Source: Octopus vulgaris (taxonomy: Eukaryota). From it: 64,000 nt of DNA. Location of the stretch: assembly GCA_951406725.2 (NCBI GenBank), contig OX597826.1, positions 72,726,001 through 72,790,000 of the forward strand. The letters are read 5' to 3'. Shown here in pieces: positions 52,966-64,000 of this stretch; the stretch's first letter is position 1, and the number at the start of each line of letters is the position of its first letter. The notes below the pieces were generated by a model that was not told where the DNA came from, ran no database searches, and saw only the letters and a program-made list of their open reading frames with translations. Made by a program: the position numbers and the translations under genes.

Positions 52966-53099
52966 CTGAAATGAATACCAGCTGAGTGTTGGTGCAGGCC
53001 CTTTCCTTTCCAGCTGTCACATCCGTGGACATTTCACTGAATCAAGAATGGGAGGGTCAAAAGGGTATCTACGTTCTTGTCTGCATAAATACTTAAAGC

Positions 53100-53960
53100 A
53101 ATTAGCAAAAACACGGTTGTTTCAAAAGTTTGGTAGCCAGAGTAAGCACGGGTTGGAGACAGTTCGGGGAGCTGCTACCATGGCTGGCAACAAAGGTGTT
53201 TTTTGCCTCTGCAGAATGAAGGCAGATTGTACGATGCTTGTGTTGGAACTGCAATGCTGCATGGCACTGAGACATGGGCCTCGAACGTAGAGGACTTCAG
53301 AAGACTGGAAAGATATGAAGCAAGCATGCTCCGTTGGATGTGCAGTGTGAGTGGGCATGAAAGAATTAGTATGAAGGTGCTGAGTGCAAAAAAACAGGAT
53401 ATAAGAGGAATCACATCTGTTCAAGGTGGAGGCACATGGCCTAGTGTTTAGAGCAGTGGACTCGCGGTTTAAGGATCGCAGGTTTGAGTCTAAGACTGGG
53501 CTATGTGTGTGTTTACGAGCGGAACACCTAAGCTCCATGCGGCTCTGGCAGAAGGTAATGGCGAACTTCTGCTGACTCTTTCGCCACAACTTTCTCTCAC
53601 TCTTTCTTCCTGCATCTTGCAGCTCACCTGTGATGGACCGGCGTCCCGTCCAGGTGGGGAACCTATACGCCAAGGAAACCGGGAAACCGGCCCTTATGAG
53701 CCAGGGATGGCTCAAGAAGGAACAAATAACAACATATGTTCAAGAAAGAAGACTGTGTTGGTATTGAGATGTGATGTGTATGGATGAGGACAACTGTATA
53801 AAGAAGTGTCAGTCACTGATTGTGAATGAAGCTTGCAGAAGAGAGAGATCCAGGAAGTCATGGAACAAAGTGGTGAAGACTGACCTCAGAACCCTGACCC
53901 TTACAGAGGGGACAAAGGCTCAGGACGTCTGGCAATACATGGTTCTCAAGATGACCTGCT
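53100..53960 (+). mobile_element. RTE LINE 3' relic, interrupted by a SINE
   Basis: GRLYDACVGTAMLHGTETW..RRLERYEASMLRWMC.. resumes after the insertion as ERRLCWY..MDEDNCIKKC..RERSRKSW. Confidence 0.85.
53426..53731 (+). mobile_element. tRNA-Arg-like SINE family E (possibly octopus OR type); 13-bp TSD
   Basis: Head GTGGAGGCACATGGCCTAGTG..GGACTCGCGG; ACAT(C/A)TGTTCAAG at 53413-53425 and 53732-53744. Confidence 0.85.
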
Positions 53961-55163
53961 CTTTATGACAAAACTGGAAGCTGTATGCATCTATGTGCTC
54001 AAACGGGTACTCCACCCAATCTCCTCCTTGTCTCCTTCTCCTCTACCATCTCTCCCACTGCAACTCCTCCTTGATACCACTTTCTCTTTCTCTTGCTACC
54101 CAGAAGCATTTCACTCATTTGCCCTTCTTTATCCATTTGTCCTCTACACATCCACACATTACAAGGATCATCCTCCCCCACTGGACTACCAAATTATCTC
54201 CCCCTCCCCTCATGCACTGCACTCTTTCCCTTTCCTGAACCCTATGTCATTCTCTTTCTCTCTCTCATCCTCTCCCTGTCAACTCTATCATTATTACTAT
54301 CCTGTTGCTGCTGCTCTTCTCTACTCTCCTTTTACGTCACCCTGTCTCCCTTAACTTATCCACCATTAGCCATACCGGCCTACCCACATATTCATCACTC
54401 CCTACATCCACCGTTCAGCCCTTCCCAATCTTTACAGATTTTTGCTTACCTCCCATTTTCCCCTCTCTTGCACCCCTACCTCCTCCAACACACTCTTACA
54501 ACCCCCAACCCACCCACACTCCTAGTTTCTTTGTCCCCCACTTCCGCTCACCTTGAGGTACACCTGGACACCTCATCACCACCACTCTCTATCTCTTTGC
54601 AGCTATTACTGATTCATTCCTTTTCAGCAAGGACCTGTTCTACCCCACCCCGTTTCTCTCATACCTTAGCACTAATTTCCTTGCTTAAATCCGCACCCCT
54701 CCCCTCAAACTTTGTAGTCTTGTGAGCTGTTTGTGCTGATTGGCATGGAAAAAGCCCCCAGTATGGGCTGTAAAGTGGTTGGCATGAGGAAGGGCATTCA
54801 TAGAAACTATGCTGAAGCTGACACTGGAGTGCAATGCAGTCCTTAGACCCATCAGATCCTGTCAAACTGTCCAACATATTCCAGTATGGAACATTACACT
54901 TATATCCTGAAGAAGGACAATGTTTATAATGTCTTAATTAACTCTTTCCACTTCTCTGAGCGTGAAACTAACAATTTTGATCAAACCTATCCTTCCTTGT
55001 TTCTTTTCCTTTTCGTTCTGTATATCATCATCATCATCATCATCATAATGTTCACTTTTCCATCCTTGCATGGATCAAGTAAATAATTTTATTGAAGCAG
55101 AATTTTTAATCACCAGATGCTCTTCTGGTCACCAACTTTCACTTGTTTCACAGCAAGGTAATA

Positions 55164-55199
<36 letters not shown>

Positions 55200-56020
55200 T
55201 ATAGATAATTATTGTGAAAATTGTATTTTTCATCATCTGGGTTGGTGTGAATGACTTGTGAGTTGGTCATAAATTGCTTACGTTTTGTTTATTAGTATAT
55301 AACATATTCAACCTTCAGCACACTTTGGCACATCATGACGCCGTACAAGTTCTCTCCCTTGTAAGCTCCAGGCCCATTGTGTTGCATTGAGAGAAGAGAA
55401 AACTTGTACGGCAACACGATTCACCAACAACATGCTAAAGGTTAAATTGAATTATGATTATTTATGTGTTTTAGTTTTTGTTGAGTGTGCTGATGATGGG
55501 AACATGGGCCTTTAATGATTGGGTACAAACATTCGGTTTATATATTTCCAAACAGCATCGAATTTTTGCTAAGGCAGTTTGATGCCCCTGAAAGCTGTGA
55601 TTATGCCTTAAGTGTTGAAATCATGTTGCTATCTGTTCGGCGGCTGATGAGGGAAATTTCTGGTTGGGCTTAATTGGATTTTGTTCTTTCATTATTGTTT
55701 CTGCTTATCATTCTGCTTTGTTTGGTGTTTTTTTTTTGTTATTATTTTGGTGTTCTTGATAGGGATTATGTAGATTCTTAAGTCCTTTCTGTTTCTGTGT
55801 GGAGTTAGATATGGGGATTAGATATAATTTCATTCATGTGATTTGAAAATATAGCTTAGCATGGTCAAATTACTGTTTATGATGTGGATATGAAGCACAC
55901 ACAAACACACATGCACATGTGCTTTCTATCTGTAGAGTGGTGGGGGTTACCTTAATCAGCTAACCCTGTCAAGGGATTATGCTAACTATCTATGCCAGGA
56001 AGACTGATAGTTTAGGGACT

Positions 56021-56052
<32 letters not shown>

Positions 56053-56218
56053 TACACGGACACATGTATCTGAGAGATTTATATAGCAAGACACATCACC
56101 CACCCCAACCAACACCAACACACCTCCACTTCCCACATTGCATACATATAAACAAGTAATATGTCTGATTGGAAACTAAAGTGATATCGTTTCTATTTCT
56201 TTATTGTTATCGTTGCAG

Positions 56219-56400
56219 CTTCTGATGGGCTTAGGAACCCCAGGAGGCGACAAGAAATCTAGTGCCTCTATTGCTTGCTTTCTAGCTGCCAGTGGAGCAG
56301 ATCTAAATATTAAGAACAAAAAGGGGCAGTCCCCTCTTGATCTCTGTCCAGACCCTAATTTATGCAAGGCTCTTACCAAGTGCCACAAGGAAAGGAACAG
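56219..56400 (+). CDS. MIB1: MIB1 exon, last ankyrin repeat (182 nt, phase 0 to 2)
   Basis: TGCAG acceptor and GTAAGT donor. Encodes [60 protein letters not shown]. Confidence 0.97.
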
Positions 56401-57690
56401 GTAAGTCTCTGCAATGTGTTTCTGTATCTTATATCTCTTTTGTTTTTTCTTTTGGAATGTTGGATCTCGAAGCAGATAAAGCTATATATAATAGCATGTA
56501 AATATTGGGTTAAAAAAGCCTTTGGATAGAAAAGTTTAAGGTTGCTCATGGGATGTGAACCCAGTTCTTCCATTAACATGACAGACATTCTACCACTGGA
56601 CCAAAGCACTCCGAGTTTCTCTATCCATTTTATAAACTTTATTCTTACCAGTGAGAATTGTTTGTTCTTATGACATTATAAGAATTTATGACCTTAGAGA
56701 GAATGTGAAATAAGTCTTTTTTTGGAACAGTGGATCTCAAAGTAGATAAAGCTATAGATAACAGTGTGTAAATATTGGGTTAAGAACCCTTTGGATAGAA
56801 GAAGTCAAAGGCTGATTGTATGTGTTTTATATTTTTAAAACAGAGGAGAAGGGGAAGCACCCATGGACTTGTTTCAGCTCCTTCATTATTGGTAAAAGAG
56901 AAAAGCGGGGGAGCTATCCTCAGGCCAAAGTCTGGCCAAGATGTTTGCAACAGAGTTGATTCTTGTAAACACACCTAAAAACCACATGGGTGATTTTTAT
57001 ATATTGGGTGACAGAATAAGTCTACAGAAAGTTGTTCCCTGTAAATCGATGTTCCCAGTGGTAAGTGCAGAATGATCTTGGGACCGTTTTGACATCTCTT
57101 CCTTTAAATTCTGAAACAACTGAACTGTCATCCAGTGGCAAACCACAGAATACTGTATCGAAGGTTCTAAGGAACACCAGCACATACAGGTCAATAGGAA
57201 GAAACTATTTGTATCGTGATTTTTAATGTTCACCATTATCGGATGGACAGGGATTTGTGCCTCATCTTCACCTATAACACTACCACAATAACAACAACAG
57301 TAACCACAGTACAATGTGCTGTAATTCACTGAGATGGTCATTACATTGTAATTAATAATTCTTATAATGTTTTACATAGTAGTTCACTCCACTATTTTGG
57401 AGGGAGACTGGGAATCATTTTGGTAATTCCTGTTATTGTTCTCATCATCATTGTTGTCGTTTAATGTCCGCTTTCCATGCTAGCATGGGTTGGACGATTT
57501 GACTGAAGGCTGACGAACCAGATGGCTGCACCAGGCTTCAATCTTGATCTGGCAGAGTTTCTACAGCTGGATGCCCTTCCTAACGCCAACCATTCTGAGA
57601 GTGTAGTGTATGCTTATATATAAATAAGACAACCTGCAAACATGGAGGAGAACTGGTATTTCATTTGGTAATTTTTATATTGTCCTACAT

Positions 57691-57986
57691 GGGAAAGCAC
57701 ATGGCCTAGTGGCTAGGGCGTTGCACTCGTGATCTAGCGATTGTGGGTTCGATTTCTAGACTGAGCAGCACATTGTCTTCTTGAGCAAAGCACTTCGTTT
57801 CATGTTGTTCCATTTCACTCAGCTGTTAATGGGTAACACTTCGACTGAGTAGCTTTTCAATCGGGGGAAATGTTGATCTGCTCACATAACCTGCCAGGTG
57901 GTGGCATCATTCGAAAGCTAAAACAATGTGAAGTGCATTGTGACCAGCAATGTATAACAACATCTGAGAGCCTGGTTGATCACATG
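57691..57986 (+). mobile_element. tRNA-derived SINE with a C-like head and distinct tail; 14-bp TSD
   Basis: ATATTGTCCTACAT at 57677-57690 and 57987-58000. Confidence 0.88.
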
Positions 57987-58024
57987 ATATTGTCCTACAT
58001 ACTCCCCCATTTATATATATATAT

Positions 58025-58256
58025 ATTTCTTTACTACCCACAAGGGGCTAAACACAGAGGGGACAAACAAGGATAGACAAACGGATTAAGTCGATTACAT
58101 CGACCCCCCAGTGTGTAACTGGTACTTAATTTATCAACCCCGGAAGGATGAAAGGCAAAGTCGATCTCGGCGGAATTTGAACTCAACGTAACGTTAGACA
58201 AAATACAGCTACGCATTTCGCCCAGCGTGCTAACGTCTCTGCCAGCTCACCGCCTT
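58025..58256 (-). mobile_element. SINE family A
   Basis: Reverse complement of the family A consensus. Confidence 0.9.
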
Positions 58257-58979
58257 TTCATGCATGTATATATAGTAGCCATCAGCATTCTCTCTCTGCA
58301 TCTAAGGGAAGAAGGCCTGGTATTCATCTTCCTGTCAGTTTGATATCAAAGCATGTTGAGTAAGTATCACAAGATTCTGTATTTATTTATCCTACAAGAA
58401 ACTGAAGTGCAGCCAGTCTTGTTCCTGCAGAGGGTAACTAGCTGTAAACTAGTTGCATATTATGCGCCAATGAGATGGCCTGTGTGAAGTCACTCAGCAT
58501 GCTAGAAATAGTAACCAAATGTTCTTTAAATCTTACTCTGCTATGTTTTAAGTAAGAGGACACAAGAAAAGATGTGGTGGTCATGACTGGAAAGCCTTTA
58601 TTTATAGGTCTGCTTGATGAGGGCCTACTTGGGACTAATTAACAACCTAAGTATCAAATCGGCAGTAAACTGGGTGGAAGCTTTTATGTAGGTCACACGA
58701 GATGCTAACACGGCAATCAATCTGAAATCTACTGAGGTTGCATAGAATGCTGACACAGCAATTGTTGTGAAGGCTTCTCTGCAAGTTATGTGCTGTGTTG
58801 ACATAGCAGCCCATGTGAGCACTTTTATAGAGATCCTGGGGCATGTTGACATAGCAACCAATGTAAGAGCTTTTATGTAGGTCAGCTGACCTTTTATTAA
58901 TCTTCCTTGATTAAATCTCTGTTGTACTATGGCTTTTTTGAGCCATGGAGAGTTTATCTGATGGGACTACATAAAAGGT

Positions 58980-60022
58980 ATCCAATTAACTGGGGACAAA
59001 ACAAAAGGAAAATATACAAAAGAGATAAATAAAAAAAAACAATATATTCTCATAAAAAACTACTCCTATATTCACTTAGAAACATCAAAGAAGCAGGTCA
59101 TTTGACAAAACTATCCTCAGCCCCAATTATGGCTTGGATGCAACAGCGGAAGCACCTGCATACCACTTACCATGCCTGTGGTGGCAATTCCCAATTAGTC
59201 CTTGGCACCATGGGAACACCAAGCATGTCCTGACAGCACATCAGATATTCAAATCCAATGTGTTCAAATCAGGAGAGGTGGGAGGCCACATGACATTGGG
59301 CAGGAGATGTCACTTCATCATATGGTTCTCCTAGGTCTTGCCAGATTTGAACTGCTTTCTCTTCATCACATTAGACTTCTCCTTAATGTCATCGTCCACC
59401 TCATATCTGACAGTTAACTCTGTCTCTTTGACCTACTTAAGTTGTTGTTGTTGAGGACATCCTGGATAAAGTTGGCCATTCTGATGACATCTGACCTCAG
59501 AAATACTGAGAATGTTTCTTCCTCTTGACCACAAATGATAAGTTCTTAGCATTCACCTCCACCTCTTTCCTAACACTGAACATGAAGGACCCAGCTACAA
59601 GTTGGCAATCTCTCAGTTGCTGTGGTTAATAGTTGGAAATTCAGGCCTGGCTTACTTTTCATTTCCTCTGTCAGTTTGGAAGTTGTCATACTGATGCTGT
59701 TGAAATTTCTGCACAAGAAATGGGGAATTTAATATGTGGCACCTCTCAGGTAACAATAGATTAAGTCAGCTTCCATTTATGACTCACTAAAGTTTGTTCA
59801 CTGTTGCAACTGTAACTGTAATTTCAGGCCTTGGTTACTAAACTAAACATTTTACTTGGATTAAGAGTTATACTATAATAGTCTGCAAAAACGAAACTGT
59901 CCATTACACCAAAATCCATGAGTGAGAAAGCACCCAAGAAAGAGAGACTTATTTTCAGGGACACTACATGTTGCCACATTCACATGCTAAATAAACTATT
60001 GGTCATCTTTGTCACTAACTGT
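58980..60022 (-). mobile_element. Old Tc1/mariner relic
   Basis: Minus strand MWPPTSPDLNTLDLNI; 59790-60020 resembles 4580-5080. Confidence 0.65.
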
Positions 60023-60630
60023 AGAGTACAGTGGGGACAATTTTGTAAAAATAATAATAATAATATTTATAAGGTTGAAGCTTATAAGGGATCATTGTAA
60101 GGCAAATACCACCATGAGTGATATCCAAACTACAGTGGAAAAGGCAAGTCTCTGGATTTGGTTAAAGAGAGAGACGATGAGCAATGGCTTGAAGAGTATT
60201 GAGCTAAATCTGACGACCAGTTGATCTTATAGGCAGGGCCTCATTTCAGTGAGGGGGAGCCAGTGTGCAATGATGCCGTCGAGAGGTAGGCTCCAAAACG
60301 GCAAGCATCCTCTCCTGATGACCCCATAAACTAGCTGGCATCTGGTATGTGGAGCTTTCAACTAGTGGCACTTGCCTCTGCAAGTTGTTTGCAAAGCATC
60401 ACCGTGTAGTGTCGGTAACATGTATTGTACCATTTTCTTTAGTTAGTACATGGTGATTGTTTGTAAGCTTTAAGCTTATAAATATTATCATTATTTACAG
60501 ACTTATCACCAGCATTCACAAATATTCAGTGTGCTGTGTACAGTTGTACATCTCTACTACAGTGTTGGGAATGTAGTAACCGTAGTGTAATATATTGCTG
60601 AGACTATTGTATTGAAGTGTATACGTAGTA

Positions 60631-61035
60631 TACTCTTTTACTCTTTTACTTGTTTCAGTCATTTGACTGCGGCCATGCTGGAGCACCGCCTTTAGTCGAG
60701 CAACTCGACCCCGGGACTTATTCTTTGTAAGCCCAGTACTTATTCTATCGGTCTCTTTTGCCGAACTGCTAAGTTACGGGGATGTAAACACACCAGCATC
60801 GGTTGTCAAGCAATGCTAGGGGGACAAACACAGACACACAAACACACACACATACATATATATATATATACATATATACGACAGGCTTCTTTCAGTTTCC
60901 GTCTACCAAATCCACTCACAAGGCATTGGTCGGCCTGGGGCTATAACAGAAGACACTTGCCCAAGATGCCACGCAGGGGGACTGAACCCGGAACCATGTG
61001 GTTGGTTAGCAAGCTACTTACCACACAGCCACTCC
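60631..61035 (-). mobile_element. SINE family B, young
   Basis: Nearly identical to 36338-36739. Confidence 0.92.
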
Positions 61036-61300
61036 ATAATAATGATGATGATGAAATTATTGTATACAGTGCTCAGGTGCACCACAACTTGTCAAAAGTG
61101 CATATAAAGCATATGCAGTAATGTACAAATGTCTGGGAACTGAACAGTGTATGAGTCAGATACATGCTTGCGTGTGTATGGAGGGGAGAAAATTAAGTGT
61201 AGTGTTGGCGAATCTCAGGAAGCATGGAAGTTTTGAAGGATGCAGTGCTCCGACAACTAACAACTGATGCTGGCAGTTTGTTCCTTACTTCAGCAACTGA
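61036..61300 (-). mobile_element. CR1/L2-type LINE 3' end
   Basis: Minus strand reads NKLPASVVSCRSTASFKTSM, then a 3' UTR ending in (ATC/ATT)n; same tail near 28560-28632(+). Confidence 0.72.
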
Positions 61301-61584
61301 TAGTGTTGGGATCTGTATTTAATTATAGTGAGAAGCTAATCAAAACTGGAAAGTCAACCAATCTGAAAACAACACATTGATGCTATATCAGACTGCTGGT
61401 CTGCCATAGTGTCAATGGCATCAGAACCAGACATACAAGATGCTTTCAGACATTCTGTTATGTCTGGGGGTGTATTGATGTTTTTGATTCATCATAATTT
61501 ATGAAGTTTACGGCAAAGAGCCTACAGGGTTGATGATGACTGGGAACAACATCAATAAACCATACCGACATTTTATATTTATAA

Positions 61585-62290
61585 CAGCTTTTGACAGGGT
61601 CCCTTACTCCCTTATCTGGTGGTCAATGTGGAAGCTAGGGATAGATGAGTGGTTGGTGAGAGTTGTACAAGCCATGTTCAGAGATGCTGTCAGTAAGGTG
61701 AAAGTCAGCCATGAGTTTAGTAATGAATTCAGTGTACAGGTAGGAGGTCACCAACGATTGGTCATCAGCCCCCCCTCTTGTTCATCATTGTACTCCAAGC
61801 CATAACAGAGGAATTTAAGATGGACTGCACTTGGGAGCTCCTCTGTGCTGATAACCTTGCTCTTATAGCTGAATCACTACCAGAACTAGAGAAGATATTT
61901 CAGTTGTGGAAGCAAGGTCTAGAATCAAAGGGCCTTAAAATTAATTTAGCAACGACCAGAGTGTTGATAAGTAGGAAAACAGACAAATTGCAAATCCATT
62001 CAGAGAGATGGCCATGCTTGATATGTAGAAAAGGTGTAGATAGAAACTCGATAAGATGTACCTGGTGCAAGCTATGGACACATAAGAGGTGCAGCAGTAT
62101 CAGATAAGGGCTAACAGAGAAAGCAATCTTTGTGTGTGGCAGATGTGCAGGTAGAATAAATACTGGAAATGTACAGAGAATAAAAACTGCATAAAGACGT
62201 GCCAATCGCTAAATGTGGAGGGAACCTGTTGAAGAGGAAGACTTGAGACGAGTGGTGAATGATGATCTTCAGTTGTGGAGTCTCTTGGAG
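61585..62290 (+). mobile_element. RTE LINE RT relic with an embedded PHD-like zinc finger
   Basis: AFDRVP..W.M.KLG..EWLVR, ELLCADNL (YADD-like), then WPCLICRKGV..NSIRCTWCKLWTHKRCS. Confidence 0.88.
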
Positions 62291-62577
62291 GTGAGGACAA
62301 GTGACTGAGGCCTGTGGCGATTTGCTATGCTTGAGATAATGTGTCAAAACTAAGTGAAATCATGGTCATGGCCAGTGCCAATGACATGTAAAAGACATCC
62401 AGTACGCTGTGTGGAATGGTTGGTGTTAGGAAGGGCATCCAGCTGTAGAAACCAAGCCAAAACATATGGATGGCGCCTGGTGCAGCTCTCCAGCTTACCA
62501 GCTCCACTCAAACCATCTAACCCATGCCAGCATGGGCAACAGACATGAAATCATGATGATGATGTATTATGATTTTA

Positions 62578-62630
<53 letters not shown>

Positions 62631-62699
62631 CATCATTATAATTTTTTTTTGCTATATTTCTGTGAATGTTTTGATGTATAACTCTGTGTTCTCTTTCAG

Positions 62700-62892
62700 T
62701 CCTGCTGTCACACCTCCAAATGCTGCCACAATTCGTAATGACCAAGAAACCCTGGAAGAATGCATGGTTTGTTCTGACATGAAGCGTGATACCCTGTTTG
62801 GCCCGTGTGTCCACATTGCAACTTGTTCTCTATGTTCTCCTCGGGTTAAGAAATGTCTCATCTGCAAAGAGCCAGTCCAGTCTCGTACAAAG
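62700..62892 (+). CDS. MIB1: MIB1 exon, RING1 (193 nt, phase 2 to 0)
   Basis: TTCAG acceptor and GTAAAA donor. Encodes ...[49 protein letters not shown] (C3HC4 RING). Confidence 0.97.
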
Positions 62893-63269
62893 GTAAAACA
62901 TTGGTCGTTCTTCCTTAGAATATTCCTTATGTAATCAAAGTGGTACAACAAATTTGTAGCTACACACACACACACACACAGCCTCATATTGTGATGAACT
63001 ACATCTATCAATATTATTTATGGATCTCTGAACTCCTAGAAACAGTTGTTGAACTTATAACACCTTTCTTCCTCTCCTTTAATTTTCTCTGTCATTTGTA
63101 CTCTGTAAATTGAATCTATTAATATAAATATCAAAATATGTATACTTAAATATGCATCGTCTGAAAGTCTCCACCCTTTGCTTTCGCTTGTTTTGCATAT
63201 ATACATATTTTGTATTTCATATACAAACCATTATATTTAACATATTTAATTTGTTTATCTGCCCAATTG

Positions 63270-63345
<76 letters not shown>

Positions 63346-63814
63346 TATACACACACACACACACATGTGTAAAACACAAATGATCCATATCCCTTGCATA
63401 TATGAACACTGTAGACATATCTCTACAACTTTAAGTGCTACACCTATAGTGGTCCCCTTATGTAATCAATCACACTTTTGTTTTTGTTGGGTAACTGAGG
63501 AAGATGACCTTGTGTTTTGAAAGGTCTGTTAAGGTGTGAATCGATACATTCTGTAGTTTTATCTTCAATTCCCCCATATCTATGTGAACTTAAGTCTTTT
63601 GTTAGTATTTAATGATAAATCCGAAGTCGACTTTGCCTTTCATCCTTTCGGGGTTGATAAATTAAGTACCAGTGGCATACTGAGGTCAATCTAATTGACT
63701 GGCCCCACTCCCCAGAAATTCCAGGCCTTGTGCCTAGAGTAGAAAAGAGTATTTAATTATGAATATTTGAACCATTGCTAACTGTTATTATATGAGATTT
63801 CTCTTTCTTTCCAG

Positions 63815-63893
63815 ATTGAAGAATGTGTGGTTTGCTCTGACAAGAAAGCTTCCATCCTTTTCAAACCTTGTGGTCATATGTGTGCTTGTGATG
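63815..63893 (+). CDS. MIB1: MIB1 exon, first half of RING2 (79 nt, phase 0 to 1; not in the ORF track)
   Basis: TCCAG acceptor and GTATGT donor. Encodes [26 protein letters not shown]. The gene continues beyond the window. Confidence 0.96.
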
Positions 63894-64000
63894 GTATGTA
63901 ACCTTTAACTTATTACTCCAGTGGTTCTCAATTGCGGTCCACATGGCCCTTAAGGTCCATATAAGACTTTTTTGTTGTTAAAGTTTATGTGCAATAAATT

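Noticed and set aside
55485-55670. Two CTGATGA motifs as hammerhead cores
   Set aside because: No convincing GAAA, stem I or stem III pairing found. The same holds for motifs near 5468 and 12374.
40421-56218. Possible missing exon for the vertebrate VDAAWEPSKNT segment
   Set aside because: The flanking exons join in frame (DVSR|LLMG) and, from recall, invertebrate Mib1 lacks this insert.
56810-57350. Possible tyrosine recombinase or GIY-YIG relic (ORF 56997-57341)
   Set aside because: No diagnostic motif could be recognised with confidence.
60060-60340. Possible Hero/NeSL-like LINE 3' end (VEKASLWIWLKRE)
   Set aside because: Only one short motif; suggestive but not enough to call.
63919-64000. 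hAT/Charlie-like terminus CAGTGGTTCTCAA
   Set aside because: Cut by the window edge; no second TIR or TSD visible.

Overview
AT-rich, microsatellite- and repeat-dense eukaryotic DNA; the repeat landscape suggests an octopus (coleoid cephalopod), which is an inference. The window lies inside one + strand gene, the E3 ubiquitin ligase mind bomb 1 (MIB1). Six phase-compatible GT-AG exons (8766-8898, 35087-35173, 40292-40420, 56219-56400, 62700-62892, 63815-63893) encode the last ankyrin repeats, RING1 and the start of RING2. About 99% of the window is intron, filled with several tRNA-derived SINE families, RTE/RTEX/R4/CR1 LINE relics, a DD37D (maT) transposon, TTAA- and TA-targeting MITEs, and Helitron/HINE elements. 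The most notable signal is a set of Penelope-like (PLE) remnants carrying degenerate type I hammerhead ribozymes (18319-18364 +; 49917-49978 -, downstream of a GIY-YIG relic) together with several fold-back insertions. Also seen: a composite SINE flanked by one TSD, an apparent GGTAT target preference of one SINE family, and a Gly-to-Val change in RING1. No new protein-coding system is supported. All alignments were done by eye.
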